Positions 1 to 14,240 of a stretch of 64,000 nucleotides of DNA are shown in pieces. Location: assembly GCA_963748015.1 (NCBI GenBank), contig CAVVHE010000004.1, forward strand, positions 672,001 to 736,000, in the 5' to 3' direction. Numbering within the stretch: the first letter of the stretch is position 1; the number at the start of each line of letters is the position of its first letter. The stretch is from Terriglobia bacterium. GTDB taxonomy: Bacteria; Acidobacteriota; Polarisedimenticolia; Polarisedimenticolales; JAIQFR01. The translations under genes and the position numbers were made by a program. Below the pieces are notes generated by a model. The model searched no databases, was not told the DNA's origin, and saw nothing but the letters and a program-made list of their open reading frames with translations.

Positions 1-484
1 GCGCGACCTGATGGAGCCCCTGCTCCTGGCCGGGATCCTCCACGACGTGGGAAAGATTGCCATCCCGGACGAGATCCTCAAGAAGCCGCAGCGCCTCGAC
101 AAGGAGCAGATGCGAGATCATGAAGAGGCCACCCGCTCGCGGGGGCGAAGATGCTGGCCAGCACATCCCGGCGCTCGCGGAGGTCATCCCGGGGATCAAG
201 CACCACCACGAGAACTGGGACGGCACCGGCTATCCGGACGGCCTCGCCGGGGAGAGCATCCCCCTGGCGGGGCGCCTGATCCTGATCGGCGACGCTTTCG
301 ACGCGATGACCACGGACCGCGTGTACCGGAAGGGGATGCCGGTGTCCCGGGGCTCTCGAGGAGATCCGAAAGTTCGCCGGCACGCAGTTCGATCCGACCC
401 TCGTCGAGAGGCTCGAACGCGCGTACGCCGAGGGAAGAGTCCACGACGAGCTCTCGAGAACGACCCCTTCTCTCGGCGAGCTGA
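1..484 (+). CDS. HD-GYP domain protein (c-di-GMP phosphodiesterase-like), 3' part, with apparent frameshifts
   Basis: [17 protein letters not shown] in one frame and [44 protein letters not shown] in another; truncated by the window edge. Confidence 0.85.
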   Translation, partial: RDLMEPLLLAGILHDVGKIAIPDEILKKPQRLDKEQMRDHEEATRSRGRRCWPAHPGARGGHPGDQAPPRELGRHRLSGRPRRGEHPPGGAPDPDRRRFRRDDHGPRVPEGDAGVPGLSRRSESSPARSSIRPSSRGSNARTPREESTTSSRERPLLSAS

Positions 485-497
485 TCGACCACATCCG

Positions 498-1469
498 ATG
501 ACGGCGCCCGACCTCGAAGAGAGCCGGCCCCTCCGGCTGCTGGTGGTGGACGACAGCCGCCTCATCCTGCGGATGGTGCGCGACTTCTTCACGCAGCGCA
601 GCTACGACGTCGTCGAAGCGGGAAACGGCGAGGAGGCGATCGCGCGCCTGGTGGGCTTCGTCCCGGACGTGATCATCTCGGACATCCTGATGCCGGTGAT
701 GGACGGCTGGAAGCTGTTCGAGGAGGTGCGCCGCCTGCCCGAGACGTCGGAGGTGCCGTTCGTCTTTCTCACGGTCGAGTCGGAGCTCCCGAAGCGGCTT
801 CGCGGCTTCCGTCTCGGGGCCGACGACTACATCATCAAGCCGTTCGCCGTCGAGGAACTGCACGCGCGAGTCGAGCGGATCCTCGAGCGGCGCCGCGCCC
901 TCGAGGCGGCGCGGCGCGGCGGGGATGCGCTCCTGGCCGGGTCGGTCGAGCACCTGGCGATCTCCGATCTGCTCCAGATCCTCGCGCTCAATCACAAGGA
1001 CGGCACGGTGCACCTGGAGGAGGGCGACGAGGAGGGGCGGATCGTCTTCGTCGCCGGCGAGATGGTCCACGCCGAGTGCGGTCCCGCGAAGGGGGTGAAG
1101 GCGCTCTACCGGATGCTGGGCTGGAACTCCGCCGCGTTCCGGCTCCTCCCGCGGGAGGGTCACCTCGAGGAGCGGACCATCACGACTCCCGCCGCCAACG
1201 CGCTGATGGACGGGCTCGTCTCGCTCGACGAGTGGAACCGCTGGCGGGGCCAACTCCCGTCGGACGATACGACGATCGAACTGGCTGCCGACGCGAAGGC
1301 AACGCTCGGCTCGCACCCCGTGACCCCGGCCCAGTTCGACGTGATGTCGCGCGCCAAGGGGGGAGCCACCGTCCGTGCCGTGCTGGACGAGAGCCCCCTC
1401 CCCGACGCGGACCTCGCCGAGGCGATCGCTATCTTGCTCGCCTGCGGCGCCCTTCGCCCGAGAGCATGA
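498..1469 (+). CDS. Response regulator (REC) with C-terminal DUF4388/PatA-like domain
   Basis: LLVVDD...[14 protein letters not shown]...ADDYIIKPF receiver motifs, then [17 protein letters not shown]...G.VVHA-type DUF4388 pattern; ATG at 498. Confidence 0.85.
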   Translation: MTAPDLEESRPLRLLVVDDSRLILRMVRDFFTQRSYDVVEAGNGEEAIARLVGFVPDVIISDILMPVMDGWKLFEEVRRLPETSEVPFVFLTVESELPKRLRGFRLGADDYIIKPFAVEELHARVERILERRRALEAARRGGDALLAGSVEHLAISDLLQILALNHKDGTVHLEEGDEEGRIVFVAGEMVHAECGPAKGVKALYRMLGWNSAAFRLLPREGHLEERTITTPAANALMDGLVSLDEWNRWRGQLPSDDTTIELAADAKATLGSHPVTPAQFDVMSRAKGGATVRAVLDESPLPDADLAEAIAILLACGALRPRA

Positions 1470-2356
1470 ACCGCCTCCCGGGCGGCTCCGCTCGCGCCGC
1501 GCTCGCGCTCGCGGTGGCGGTGGGGGCCGTCTCGTGGGCGTCGATCCTGGTGCGCCTCTGCGAGGCGCCGAGTCTCGGGATCGCCTTCTGGCGCCTGCTG
1601 TTCTCGGTGCTGATCCTCGCGCCGTTCGCGCTACGGCGAGGCGAGCCGGTGTCGCCGCGCACCTACGCCGCCGCCGCGACCGCGGGATTCCTGCTCGCGC
1701 TGCACTTCGCCTCCTGGATCTCGTCGCTGAGGTTCACGTCGATCGCGTCGTCGGTGGTCATCGTCTCGACGCAGCCGGTGTTCACGGCGGCGTTCGGCCC
1801 CTACCTGCTGAAGGAGAAGCCCGGGCCCCGGGGGATCGCCGCGGTGGCGCTCGCGCTGTGCGGCACGGCAGTCCTGGCCGGGGGTGATTTCGCGATCGGG
1901 GGACGGGCGCTCCTGGGCGATCTCCTCGCACTGGCGGGAGCGGTCACGGCCTCGGCCTACTTCATGATCGGGCGGCGCGTGCGGGAGAGGATCGCTTTCC
2001 CGCGGTACCTGCTGCTCGTGAACTCGGTCTCCACCGTGGCACTCCTCGCCTTCGCGGTGATCGGGGGCGCGGGCCTCTCGGGGTACCCGGCGCCGACCTG
2101 GGGCTGGCTCGTCCTGATGGCCGCCGGGCCGCACCTGATGGGGCACGGGCTGCTCAACTGGAGCGTTCGCCGCCTCCGCGCGTTCACGGTCAACATGGCC
2201 GTCCTGGGCGAGCCGGTGCTGGCCACCCTCTACGCGGCGCTCCTGTTCGGCGAGGTCCCCGGGGGGCCGTTCTACGCGGGGGCGGCCCTGATCGGCGCCG
2301 GGATCGTCCTCGCGACGAGGCAGGAGCGGGAAGTTACGGCCGATCCTTCCCTATAA
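1466..2356 (+). CDS. DMT/EamA family transporter
   Basis: About 10 hydrophobic segments in two EamA repeats (AFWRL, GDLLAL, LGEPV); ATGA overlap with the upstream stop. Confidence 0.85.
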   Translation: MNRLPGGSARAALALAVAVGAVSWASILVRLCEAPSLGIAFWRLLFSVLILAPFALRRGEPVSPRTYAAAATAGFLLALHFASWISSLRFTSIASSVVIVSTQPVFTAAFGPYLLKEKPGPRGIAAVALALCGTAVLAGGDFAIGGRALLGDLLALAGAVTASAYFMIGRRVRERIAFPRYLLLVNSVSTVALLAFAVIGGAGLSGYPAPTWGWLVLMAAGPHLMGHGLLNWSVRRLRAFTVNMAVLGEPVLATLYAALLFGEVPGGPFYAGAALIGAGIVLATRQEREVTADPSL

Positions 2357-2364
2357 TCGCAGCG

Positions 2365-4483
2365 ATGTTGAAGACCGACACCGAGCTCCGGTACCTCAAG
2401 GGCGTCGGCCCGAGGCGCGCGGAGCGCCTCCGCGAGGCCGGCCTCGAGACGGTCGAGGACCTTCTCTACGTCCTGCCGTTTCGCTACGAGGACCGGCGTG
2501 CGTTCGCCAGGATCGCGGCCCTCGTTCCGGGCGGCCCCGAGACGACCCTCGCGATACGCGTCGCGCGGAGCCGCCTGATCCGGACGCGCCGCCCCGGCTT
2601 CTCGATCTTCGAGGCCCAGCTCGAGGACGAGAGCGGCTCGATTCGCGCGGTCTGGTACAACCAGCCCTACCTCGAGCGCCTCTTCGTCGAGGGAAGGCGG
2701 GCCGTGATGTTCGGCCGGGCGTCGCTCGACCGGTACGGCCGCGACGTGATCCTCGAGAACCCGGACTACGAGTTCCTCGAGGCGGACGACGCGGAGGGGA
2801 TCCACACCGGCCGGATCGTCCCGGTGTACCGCAAGCTCGCGGACCTCTCGTCGCGAATGCAGCGGAATCTGATGCACCGGGCGCTGGAGCAGCTCGAGGG
2901 GCCTTTCCCCGGCCCCGTGCCGGAGGCGATCGCCGCGCGCCACGGGCTGCTCGAGCGCGCGCGGGCGCTCCGGGAGATCCACTTCCCGCCCCCCGACGCG
3001 CGTCTCGCGGAGCTCGCCGGCCGGGCGACGCCGGCCCAGCGATCGCTCGCTTTCGAGGAGATCTTCCTGCTCCAGCTCGCGCTGGCGGTGAAGCGGCACG
3101 GTCTCAAGGAAGAGGCCCGCGGGATCTCGTACGAGGTGCCCGACGCGCTCCGGACGAAGCTCGCGCGCCTCCTCCCGTTCAAGCTCACCGAGGCGCAGAA
3201 GAAGGTGCTGCGGGAGATCGGCGCGGACCTGAGGTCGCCGCACCCCATGAATCGCCTGCTCCAGGGGGACGTCGGCTCGGGGAAGACGATCGTCGCGCTG
3301 CTCACCCTGCTGGTCGCGGTCGAGAACGGCTACCAGGGGGCGCTCATGGTCCCCACGGAGATCCTCGCGGAGCAGCACTACCGGAACCTGTCCCGGATCC
3401 TCGACCCTTCGGGGGCGGGGTATCGCCGGGGACTCCTCACCGGCTCGCTCCGCGCCGCGTCGCGGCGGCGGACGCTCGAGGGGCTGAAGACCGGCGGGAT
3501 CGACATCGTGGTCGGGACGCACGCGCTGTTCGAGCCCGGCGTGGAGTTCAAGCGCCTCGGCCTCGTCGTGGTGGACGAGCAGCACCGGTTCGGCGTCATG
3601 CAGCGCGCCGCGCTGGCCGGCAAGGGCGCGCGACCCGACGTTCTCGTGATGACGGCCACGCCGATCCCGCGATCTCTCGCGCTCACCCTCTACGGCGACC
3701 TCGACCTCTCCGTGATCGACGAGCTGCCACCGGGGCGCACCCCGGTCAAGACGCTCGTTCGCGGCGAGGAGGACAGGCGAAAGGTCTTCGACGGGATCCG
3801 GAAGGAGGTCGCTCGCGGGACGTCAGGCGTACGTCGTCGTGCCCCTCGTCGAGGAGACCGAGAAGAGCGACCTCAAGGCCGCGACCGCGTTCGCGGCCGA
3901 GCTGAGGGAGAAGGTCTTCCCCGACCTCGCGGTCGGCCTCCTCCACGGACGGATGAAGGGGGAGGAGAAGGACGCGGTGATGCGCGCGTTCGCGGCGGGC
4001 GAGACCGGCGTTCTCGTCGCGACCACGGTGATCGAGGTCGGGGTGGACGTCCCGAACGCCAGCGTGATGGTCGTCGAGCACGCGGAGCGCTTCGGCCTCT
4101 CGCAGCTCCACCAGCTCCGGGGGCGCGTGGGGAGGGCGAGCGACCGCTCGTACTGCATCCTGATGGTCGGCGAGGGGGGGCACGGCCAGGAGGCGCGCGA
4201 GCGGCTCGCCGTGATGGCCGAGACCAACGACGGCTTCCGCATCGCCGAGAAGGACCTCGAGATCCGCGGCCCCGGCGCCGTCTTCGGCACCCAGCAGCAC
4301 GGCCTGACCGACCTGCAGTTCCTCGCCGAGGTGCTGAAGAACCCGGCGCTGCTCGACGCCGCCCGATCGGAAGCCCACGCCCTCGTGGAGGGGAGCGCTT
4401 CGGGACGCGCCCAGGCCGGCCGCGTGCTCGCCTCGTTGCGCCCCGGCTGGAAGCGCCGCCTCAATCTCGCCGGCATCGGCTGA
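2365..4483 (+). CDS. recG: ATP-dependent DNA helicase RecG, one apparent +1 frameshift near 3817
   Basis: [36 protein letters not shown]; the second frame continues [49 protein letters not shown]. Confidence 0.96.
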
Positions 4484-4493
4484 CGCGCGCCGC

Positions 4494-5936
<1,443 letters not shown>

Positions 5937-6195
5937 AGAGCCTCCCGTGTTGCGACACGCCTACTCTCCCGCCTCCGCGAACGGACCCGGGCGACGAGGA
6001 TGAGAGCGTGCCCGCTTCAGGTGAAAAATCCATCTCCCGGCAAGTTCCGGCGCTGAGCCGCGCTGCGATGGGATGATGAAACCAGGGGCCGTGACTATAG
6101 CACGCGCTTCGTCGCCGAGTCTACACGGCGCCGGGACGCGACGAGGGCCGGCGGGGACCGGGCGCCGGCCCCGTATAATCCCCGCGGAGGTGGAC

Positions 6196-6780
6196 GTGGC
6201 GCAGCTGATCGGGTTGGTGCTGGCGGGAGGGCAGGGGAGCCGGATGGGCCGGCCCAAGGGGAGCGCGGTCCTGGGCGGGATCACGCTGGCCGAGAGGGCG
6301 GCGACGAGCCTGAGGCCGCTGGCGGGGAGCGTCCTGATCAGCGTGGCTCCCGGCATGGCGAACCCGGCCCCGAAGTACCCGACCGTGGAGGACGCCGCCC
6401 CGGCGTTCCGCGGGGCGCTCTCCGGGATTCACGCTGCCATGGCGGTGACCGGCGAGGCCGACCTCCTCGTCCTGGCCTGCGACTACCCCGCGGTGGACAC
6501 GGCGCTCCTCGGGAAGATCCTCGAGCGCTCGCGCCCCGAGGACGACCTGGTGTTCCTCGTGGATCCCGCGGGGCGCGACCACCCCCTGGTGGGCCTATGG
6601 AAACGGAGCACCCGGGAGCGCGTGCGGGAGGCGATCGAGTACCGGATGCACAAGGTGCGCGGGATCCTCGCGGACCTCGTGGTGCGGCGGCTGGGCCCCG
6701 AAGCGTTGCCCGGCGTGGACCTCGCGGCGGCCCTCTTCAACGTGAACGAGCCGCAGGACCTCGAGCGCGCCGGAAAGTAG
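6196..6780 (+). CDS. mobA: Molybdenum cofactor guanylyltransferase
   Basis: GLVLAGGQGSRMGRPK, GALSGI, LVLACDYP, HPLVGLW, FNVNEPQDL; GGAGG RBS before GTG at 6196. Confidence 0.88.
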   Translation: MAQLIGLVLAGGQGSRMGRPKGSAVLGGITLAERAATSLRPLAGSVLISVAPGMANPAPKYPTVEDAAPAFRGALSGIHAAMAVTGEADLLVLACDYPAVDTALLGKILERSRPEDDLVFLVDPAGRDHPLVGLWKRSTRERVREAIEYRMHKVRGILADLVVRRLGPEALPGVDLAAALFNVNEPQDLERAGK

Positions 6781-6783
6781 CGG

Positions 6784-6835
6784 AAAAAAGAAAAAGGCCC
6801 GGGCGCGGTGGCGGCCTCCGCAACACCCGGGCCTT
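6784..6835 (-). terminator. Intrinsic terminator between convergent mobA and pepD
   Basis: AAGGCCCGGG...CCCGGGCCTT stem next to an A-run (U-tract on the minus strand). Confidence 0.7.
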
Positions 6836-6843
6836 CGAGGCGT

Positions 6844-8307
6844 CTACTTCGACAGGCGGTCGAGGATCTCCGTGAGGGCGCCGAAGAACCGCCCCACCGA
6901 CGGGATGTTCAGGCGCTCGTCGGGGGAGTGCACCCCCTCCATGTGCGGGCCGAACGAGATCATGTCCATGCCGGGGACCTTGTCGCCGAGGAGGCCGCAC
7001 TCGAGGCCGGCGTGGATCGCCGTGACTTTCGGCTCCTTCCCCCAGAGCTTCGCGAAGACCTCGCGCACCGTCTTGAGGAGCGGCGAGGCCATGTTCGGCT
7101 TCCAGCCCGGGTAGCCGTCGCGGCCGACCACCTCGGCGCCCGCGAGGCTGCCGATCGCCCGGATCGAGAGGAGCACGGCGTCGAGCGCCGGACCGACGCT
7201 GCTCCGGCTGCTGGTGACGATCTTCAGCCGGTCCCCTTCCTCCATCGTGACCACCGCGAGGTTGCTCGACGTCTCGACGAGGCCGGGGATCGCCTGGCTC
7301 ATGCCGAGATTGCCGTGCGGGAGGGCGAGGAGAAGGTGGACGAAATCGTGGCAGCTCTCCTTGGTCATGACGCGCGGGGCCGCCGTGCCGGGGGAGAGGC
7401 CGATCTCGAGGCCGTCGTCGATCCCCTCGAGCTCGGTCTTGAGGTTCGCCCGCAGCCGCTCGATCACCTTGCGGAGCCGCGCCTCGTCGGAGGACTGGAG
7501 GTAGACGGTCGCCTCGGCCTCGCGCGGGATCGCGTTGTGCTTCGAGCCGCCGGAGAGCGACGCGAGCTCGAGCGGGATGCCGTCGATGATGCCGCCGGCG
7601 ATCGCCCTCGCGAGGATCTTGAGCGCGTTGCCGCGATTCTCGATGATGTTGAGTCCGGAGTGGCCGCCCCGGAGTCCCTTGACCTCGAGCAGGAACGGGG
7701 AGGCGCCGCGAGCGGGGGTCTCCCAGGCCGGCGTGACGAAGAGGTGGGTGTCCGAGCCGCCCGCGCAGCCGACGAACAGGACGCCGTCCTCCTCGGAATC
7801 GAGGTTGAGCAGGATCTTCCCGCGCAGCAGCGAGGCGTCGAGCTTCATCGCGCCCGTCAGCCCGGTCTCCTCGTCCACCGTGAAGAGGAGCTGCAGCGGC
7901 CCGTGCTTGACCTTCGGATCGATGGCCGCGGCCATCGCGGACGCGACGCCGATCCCGTTGTCCGCGCCGAGCGTCGTGCCGGTCGCGTAGATCCAGTCCC
8001 CCTCGATGCGCGGCCGGATCGGGTCCTTCAGGAAGTCGTGGGCGACGTCCTTGTTCTTCTCGGCGACCATGTCCAGGTGCCCCTGGAGGATCACGACGGG
8101 CGCCTTCTCCCTTCCGGGAGTCGCCGGCACGTTGATGATCAGGTTCCCGATCGCGTCCTTCTTCGCCTCGCAGCCGTGCTTGGCCGCGACCTCGGACAGG
8201 TGCTTGGCGATCGCCGTCTCGTGGCCGGAGGGGCGGGGGATGCGGAGAAGGTCCGCGAAGTTCTCCCAGACGGATCGGGGCTCGAGGTGTGCCAGGGTGT
8301 CGCTCAT
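6844..8307 (-). CDS. pepD: Aminoacyl-histidine dipeptidase (M20C)
   Basis: IPRPSGHE, LQGHLDMV, TTLGADNGIG, TVDEETGLTGA, NLDSEEDG, IHAGLECG, HSPDE. Confidence 0.93.
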   Translation of the reverse strand: MSDTLAHLEPRSVWENFADLLRIPRPSGHETAIAKHLSEVAAKHGCEAKKDAIGNLIINVPATPGREKAPVVILQGHLDMVAEKNKDVAHDFLKDPIRPRIEGDWIYATGTTLGADNGIGVASAMAAAIDPKVKHGPLQLLFTVDEETGLTGAMKLDASLLRGKILLNLDSEEDGVLFVGCAGGSDTHLFVTPAWETPARGASPFLLEVKGLRGGHSGLNIIENRGNALKILARAIAGGIIDGIPLELASLSGGSKHNAIPREAEATVYLQSSDEARLRKVIERLRANLKTELEGIDDGLEIGLSPGTAAPRVMTKESCHDFVHLLLALPHGNLGMSQAIPGLVETSSNLAVVTMEEGDRLKIVTSSRSSVGPALDAVLLSIRAIGSLAGAEVVGRDGYPGWKPNMASPLLKTVREVFAKLWGKEPKVTAIHAGLECGLLGDKVPGMDMISFGPHMEGVHSPDERLNIPSVGRFFGALTEILDRLSK

Positions 8308-8465
8308 TCGAGTATCCTCCGCATGCGGTTCGCCGGACACGTTCGTGGCGGCGGATCGAAGGTTTGCGATACGGCGAACCCCAACGGTATCCCACCCGGC
8401 CCCGCGACCGCAACAGGCGCGAGGCCCGGGAGCGCGGTACGGGGGCCTAGGGGAAAGGGGGGCGG

Positions 8466-8963
8466 ATGCCGAAGCTGTCGCACGTGGACGGGACGGGGAA
8501 GGCGAGAATGGTGGACGTCGGCGCGAAGAAGACGACCCGGCGGCGCGCGGTGGCCCGGGGGCGCGTGTCGCTGTCGGCGCGCGCGTTCCGCCTCCTCGCC
8601 GAGCACCGGCTGGCGAAGGGGGACGCGCTGGCGGTGGCGCGCCTGGCCGGGATCCAGGCCGGAAAGCGCACGGCGGACTGGATTCCGCTGTGCCATACCG
8701 TCCCGCTGGACCATCTCGGTGTGGAGATCGATCTCGACGCCGCGGCCCGCGAGGCCGTCGTCACCGCCACGGCCGAGGCGCGCTGGACGACGGGGGTCGA
8801 GATGGAAGCGCTGGTCGCCGCGGGCGCGGCGTGTCTCGCCCTCTACGACATGACCAAGAGCGCCGACCGGGGGGCGGCGGTGCGCGAGATCGTGCTCCTC
8901 GAGAAGAGCGGCGGCCGCTCGGGGATGTGGCGGCGCGGCGCGGCGCGCCGGACGCTGACATAA
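8466..8963 (+). CDS. moaC: Cyclic pyranopterin monophosphate synthase MoaC
   Basis: LSHVD..GKARMVDV, KGDAL..ARLAGIQAGKRT, IPLCH, TGVEMEAL, LYDMTK, EKSGGRSG. Confidence 0.96.
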   Translation: MPKLSHVDGTGKARMVDVGAKKTTRRRAVARGRVSLSARAFRLLAEHRLAKGDALAVARLAGIQAGKRTADWIPLCHTVPLDHLGVEIDLDAAAREAVVTATAEARWTTGVEMEALVAAGAACLALYDMTKSADRGAAVREIVLLEKSGGRSGMWRRGAARRTLT

Positions 8964-9019
8964 TGGCGGGGAGAGCCGGAGCCCCGCGGTGGGGATCCGC
9001 CCGGACGATGGAGGCTCGC

Positions 9020-9466
9020 ATGAGACGTGGCATCGTGTTGACGGTCGTGGCGGCGTCGCTGCTCGCATGTGCCGGGGCCGGGGCGCAGGCGGCGATCCTC
9101 GCGAAGACGTTTCAGTTCAAGCCGGAGGTCGTGCTGCAGGTGGGCGAGAGCCTCGAAGGGGGTATCCGGCTCGACTCCGTCCAGTTCTTCCTCCCGTCGA
9201 GCGCCGGCGTGCCCGGCATGCGCTCCGGCGGCCTGGTGCGGGCCGAGGTCTCGGTCTCGAATCTCGGCAAAGAGAAGCAGATGTTCGGGATCGCTGTCGC
9301 TCTCTTCGACGACCAGGGGCGCCTTCTCGGCGCCGCGAACGGCGGTCCCCGGGTGTTCCCGCTCAGGCCCGAGCGGCAGGGGACGTTCCAGATCGTGTTC
9401 GACGGGGTGAACGGCGAGGCCTACAAGGCGACGCAGTTCAAGATCGCACTCGAGACGAAGCCCTGA
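9020..9466 (+). CDS. Secreted hypothetical protein (beta-sandwich, FxLYD-like)
   Basis: Signal peptide ending AQA; VSVSN...VALFDDQGRLLG pattern; GGAGG RBS. Confidence 0.6.
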   Translation: MRRGIVLTVVAASLLACAGAGAQAAILAKTFQFKPEVVLQVGESLEGGIRLDSVQFFLPSSAGVPGMRSGGLVRAEVSVSNLGKEKQMFGIAVALFDDQGRLLGAANGGPRVFPLRPERQGTFQIVFDGVNGEAYKATQFKIALETKP

Positions 9467-9692
9467 CCTCGCCGGAGTACACGATCTTCCGCCGCCCCCT
9501 GCCGATGACGATCCGGTAATCGCGACCGTCGACAGATCCTCTTGGAAACATTGAGGTTCCGGGAAGGGTTCCCCTGTGCCTGCTGGCACGGGGCGTGAAG
9601 GTACTCATCCTCCTTGCCCGGCGCACCGGCAGGCCTAAGATTTGAGCCGAGTGGGCACCGTACTCGCCCGGCAGGATTCTCGGGAGGGTGAC

Positions 9693-10388
9693 ATGAGAAA
9701 ACGAGTCGTCTCGGCGGCACTTCTGGCGGTCGCGCTCGGGCTCCTCGGCGCGGCTGCCTCGCCCGCGGCACACGCGGCCATCGACGTGGATCTCGGGGCG
9801 TCGTTTCCCGTCGGGGACAACGGCCGCCTGTTCTTCAACATCAGCTCGCGCTATTTCGACTACGAGCCGACGGTCGTCGAGCACTGGGGCGTCCGCTACA
9901 CCAACCCCGACGACCTGGCGGTCTCGCTGTTCATCGCGAGGCAATCCGGCCGCTCGCCGGACGTGATCTTCGCCCTGCGCAGGCAGGGGCTCTCGTGGTG
10001 GGACGTCGGTCTTCGCACGGGCGTGCCGATGGACGCCTGGTTCGTCCCGGTCCAGCGCGACCCGGGGCCCCCGTACGGCAAGGCCTACGGGCACTGGAAG
10101 AAGCACCGCGAGAACCCGAAGTACGTCGTGGTGCTCGGCGACGCCGACGTGCGGAACCTCGTCGCCGTGCGCATGGCCCACGAGTACTACGGCGTCCCCG
10201 TGGACGACGCGATGCGCTGGCGCGCGTCGGGCACCAGCGTCCGCGAGGTGATGGTGCGCGAGTACAACGTCCGCCACGGGAAGCAGGGCGGCGGGAAGGA
10301 GCACGGCGGTAAGGGCGAGAAGCACGAGCAAGGCCAGGGCAACGGCAAACACGGCCACGGAAACGGCCAGGGTCACGCCAAGGACTGA
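9693..10388 (+). CDS. Secreted hypothetical protein with GPPYGKAYGHWKK motif and His/Gly/Lys-rich tail
   Basis: Signal peptide ending AHA, GGAGG RBS, high-GC3 codon pattern. Confidence 0.75.
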   Translation: MRKRVVSAALLAVALGLLGAAASPAAHAAIDVDLGASFPVGDNGRLFFNISSRYFDYEPTVVEHWGVRYTNPDDLAVSLFIARQSGRSPDVIFALRRQGLSWWDVGLRTGVPMDAWFVPVQRDPGPPYGKAYGHWKKHRENPKYVVVLGDADVRNLVAVRMAHEYYGVPVDDAMRWRASGTSVREVMVREYNVRHGKQGGGKEHGGKGEKHEQGQGNGKHGHGNGQGHAKD

Positions 10389-10417
10389 CGGCGCGCCTCC
10401 TCTAGCTCTCGCTGAAA

Positions 10418-10463
10418 GGCCCGTCCGCGGCGGCTGGCGCTCCGCGGGCGGGCCGTTTTATTT
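10418..10463. terminator. Probable bidirectional intrinsic terminator
   Basis: GGCCCGTCCGCGG...CCGCGGGCGGGCC stem flanked by AAA and GTTTTATTT between convergent genes. Confidence 0.6.
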
Positions 10464-10796
10464 CTCGGGGGCGACGCCCGCCGAGAGCCAGGCGAGGTAC
10501 TCGGGATCGCCGTCCTCGATCCCGATCAGGACCGCTTCCGGCAGCTCGTACGAGTGCAGCTCGCGGATCGCCCGTTTCACTTCCGGGAAGAGCCGCGCCG
10601 ACGTCTTGATCAGCAGGAGGCGCTCCTCGTCCCGGCAGATCTTCCCCTTCCAGCGGTAATGGGAGACGACACCCGGCACGACGTTGACGCACGCCGCGAG
10701 GCGGCGCTCGACGAGGGCCGCGGCGATCCGCGACGCCTCGTCGTCCGAGCCCGCGGTGGTCAGCACGATCGCGAAGGGGGAGCCGGGTTCCGTCAT
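10458..10796 (-). CDS. cutA: Divalent-cation tolerance protein CutA
   Basis: IVLTT...IAAALVERRLAACVN...S.YRWKG...E..LLIKT...LHSYELPE. Confidence 0.93.
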   Translation of the reverse strand: MTEPGSPFAIVLTTAGSDDEASRIAAALVERRLAACVNVVPGVVSHYRWKGKICRDEERLLLIKTSARLFPEVKRAIRELHSYELPEAVLIGIEDGDPEYLAWLSAGVAPEK

Positions 10797-10890
10797 CGCG
10801 GGGACCTCCTCCGCGGGACACTACTACGCCGGGAAGGCGGCGGGCAATCGGACCCCACGTCGCGGCGAGGGGGAAGGCCCCGCTATCTCC

Positions 10891-12328
<1,438 letters not shown>

Positions 12329-12356
12329 AGGCCGGGCGGGAGGGGCGGTCGCCTCG

Positions 12357-12884
12357 ATGGGCAAGCTCCTGCATTTCAGGAGGAAGAAGGGGGAGCCGTG
12401 GCTTCGCGGCGCGGCGAGCGACGCGCGCCCCGACGCGTTCTTCCCTTCGGACGCCCGCCCCGCCGAGGAGCCGCCGCCCGGCAAGGCCCCGGACCCCGAC
12501 CGCGAGCGCCGCCGCCGCCTCTACCGAAGCACGATCGCCCTGTTCCTCGGGACGATCTTCATCGCCGGCTCAGGCGCCGCCCTGATCGGCAACCACGGCT
12601 ATCTCGGCCTGCGCAGGAGCCGCCAGGAGCTGGCGCTGCTCCGGGTGAAGGTGGACAAGAAATACGCGGAAGTGGCCGAGCTGAAGAAGGAAGTGGACCG
12701 CCTGAAGAGCGACCCGCGCGCCGTGGAGCGGATCGCCCGCGAGCACCTGGGTTTCACGAAGCCGGGCGAGGTGACCTTCCTGCTTCCCTTGGAAGGCGAC
12801 CGCGCCCCCGGCGACAAACTCAGCTTCCCGCCCCCCGCGCTGCGCAGCACGCAGAAGGGGCCCGTGGTGACGCCCAAGGACTAG
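12357..12884 (+). CDS. ftsB: Septum formation initiator (FtsB/DivIC family)
   Basis: Single TM, G.HG, coiled coil, ERIAREHLGFTKPGE; conserved position downstream of eno. Confidence 0.8.
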   Translation: MGKLLHFRRKKGEPWLRGAASDARPDAFFPSDARPAEEPPPGKAPDPDRERRRRLYRSTIALFLGTIFIAGSGAALIGNHGYLGLRRSRQELALLRVKVDKKYAEVAELKKEVDRLKSDPRAVERIAREHLGFTKPGEVTFLLPLEGDRAPGDKLSFPPPALRSTQKGPVVTPKD

Positions 12885-12903
12885 GCGGGGCAGGGGATGG
12901 CAC

Positions 12904-12931
12904 TTGCCCTGTCCCGGCCCTCTGATATACT
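12904..12931 (+). promoter_or_regulatory. Putative sigma70 promoter of the tRNA
   Basis: TTGCCC-N16-TATACT with an extended -10 TG. Confidence 0.55.
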
Positions 12932-12955
12932 CTGCCTCTGTCCGAGCACACTTGA

Positions 12956-13224
<269 letters not shown>

Positions 13225-13400
13225 GCGGTCGAAGAGGAGAAGAAAGGATGACAGAAGAGGCCTTCTGGAAGTGCTTGCGAGCGGGAGGCCGTTGCGTGAC
13301 CGGTTACGCTGCCTGCGATCGATCAGGGAAGAAGGTGAGATAGCGATACCTGGTACCGATGTGAGATGTTGATACTTGGTACCGATTATCCGGCGACGAC

Positions 13401-14240
13401 TCAGTCGCCGGTCGCTGCGAAGAGCCTCTGCAACTGCGCGTGCGGGGCGGCGCCGGCGAAACCGTCGAACCTGCCGAGCGTAGCCAACTCGGTCGCCGCC
13501 CGAATGAAGCCGCCCCACGCGGCGCGGGCGAGCGCGCCGCCAACGCTGACCCGCCGCACGCCCAAAGCCGCGGCATCGGCCATCGTCAAATCCACACTAC
13601 CCGTCAGTCCCGCCGGCCCGCTCAGGAGCACGTTCACGGGCTTCGGCGCAACGGCGTCCACTGTCGCGCGGATGTGCTCCGGCTCGCGAAGGCCGGGCGC
13701 GTACAGACAGTCGGCACCAGCAGCGGCGTACGCTCGAAGCCGGTTGAGCACCTGGTCGATGCCTTCGCGACCCACCCAGAAACCCTCGGCGCGACCCACG
13801 AGCAGCACACCACAGTCTCCGATCGCTTCGCGCGCGGCCTGAAGTCGCTCAACGGCGAGTGGCAACTCGTAGATCGAGTTTTCCCGCCGGTCGGCCGCAT
13901 CTTCGATCGAGAGCCCCGCAACTCCCGTGGCAACGCACAAACGGACGTTCGCGGCGACGTCCTCGGGATCGTCAGCATAACCGTTCTCGAAATCGGCGTT
14001 CACGGGGAGGTCGGTCGCGTCCACCAGTTCCTTGATGTGGGCGAGCATCTCGTCGCGGCCGACGCTGCCGTCTGCAACGCCGCGGGAGAACGCGTACCCG
14101 GCCGACGTGGTGGCGATGGCCGCGAAGCCGAGGTGTCGGAGGTAGCGCGCGGTGCCGACGTCCCACGGATTCGGTAGGGCGAAGCAACCCTCTCGGTGAA
14201 GATCGCGGAAGACCTGACGCCGCTTATCGAATTCTGTCAT
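13401..14240 (-). CDS. Isocitrate lyase/phosphoenolpyruvate mutase family protein
   Basis: FRDLH...LPNPWDVGTA...GFAAIATTSAG, LPVNADFENGY, GLSIED, AGADCLYAPG, GVRRVSVGGAL. Confidence 0.9.
   Translation of the reverse strand: MTEFDKRRQVFRDLHREGCFALPNPWDVGTARYLRHLGFAAIATTSAGYAFSRGVADGSVGRDEMLAHIKELVDATDLPVNADFENGYADDPEDVAANVRLCVATGVAGLSIEDAADRRENSIYELPLAVERLQAAREAIGDCGVLLVGRAEGFWVGREGIDQVLNRLRAYAAAGADCLYAPGLREPEHIRATVDAVAPKPVNVLLSGPAGLTGSVDLTMADAAALGVRRVSVGGALARAAWGGFIRAATELATLGRFDGFAGAAPHAQLQRLFAATGD

Noticed and set aside
9584..9600. TGGCACG sigma54-like element upstream of the 9693 gene
   Set aside because: The -12 position is GA rather than GC, so support is insufficient.
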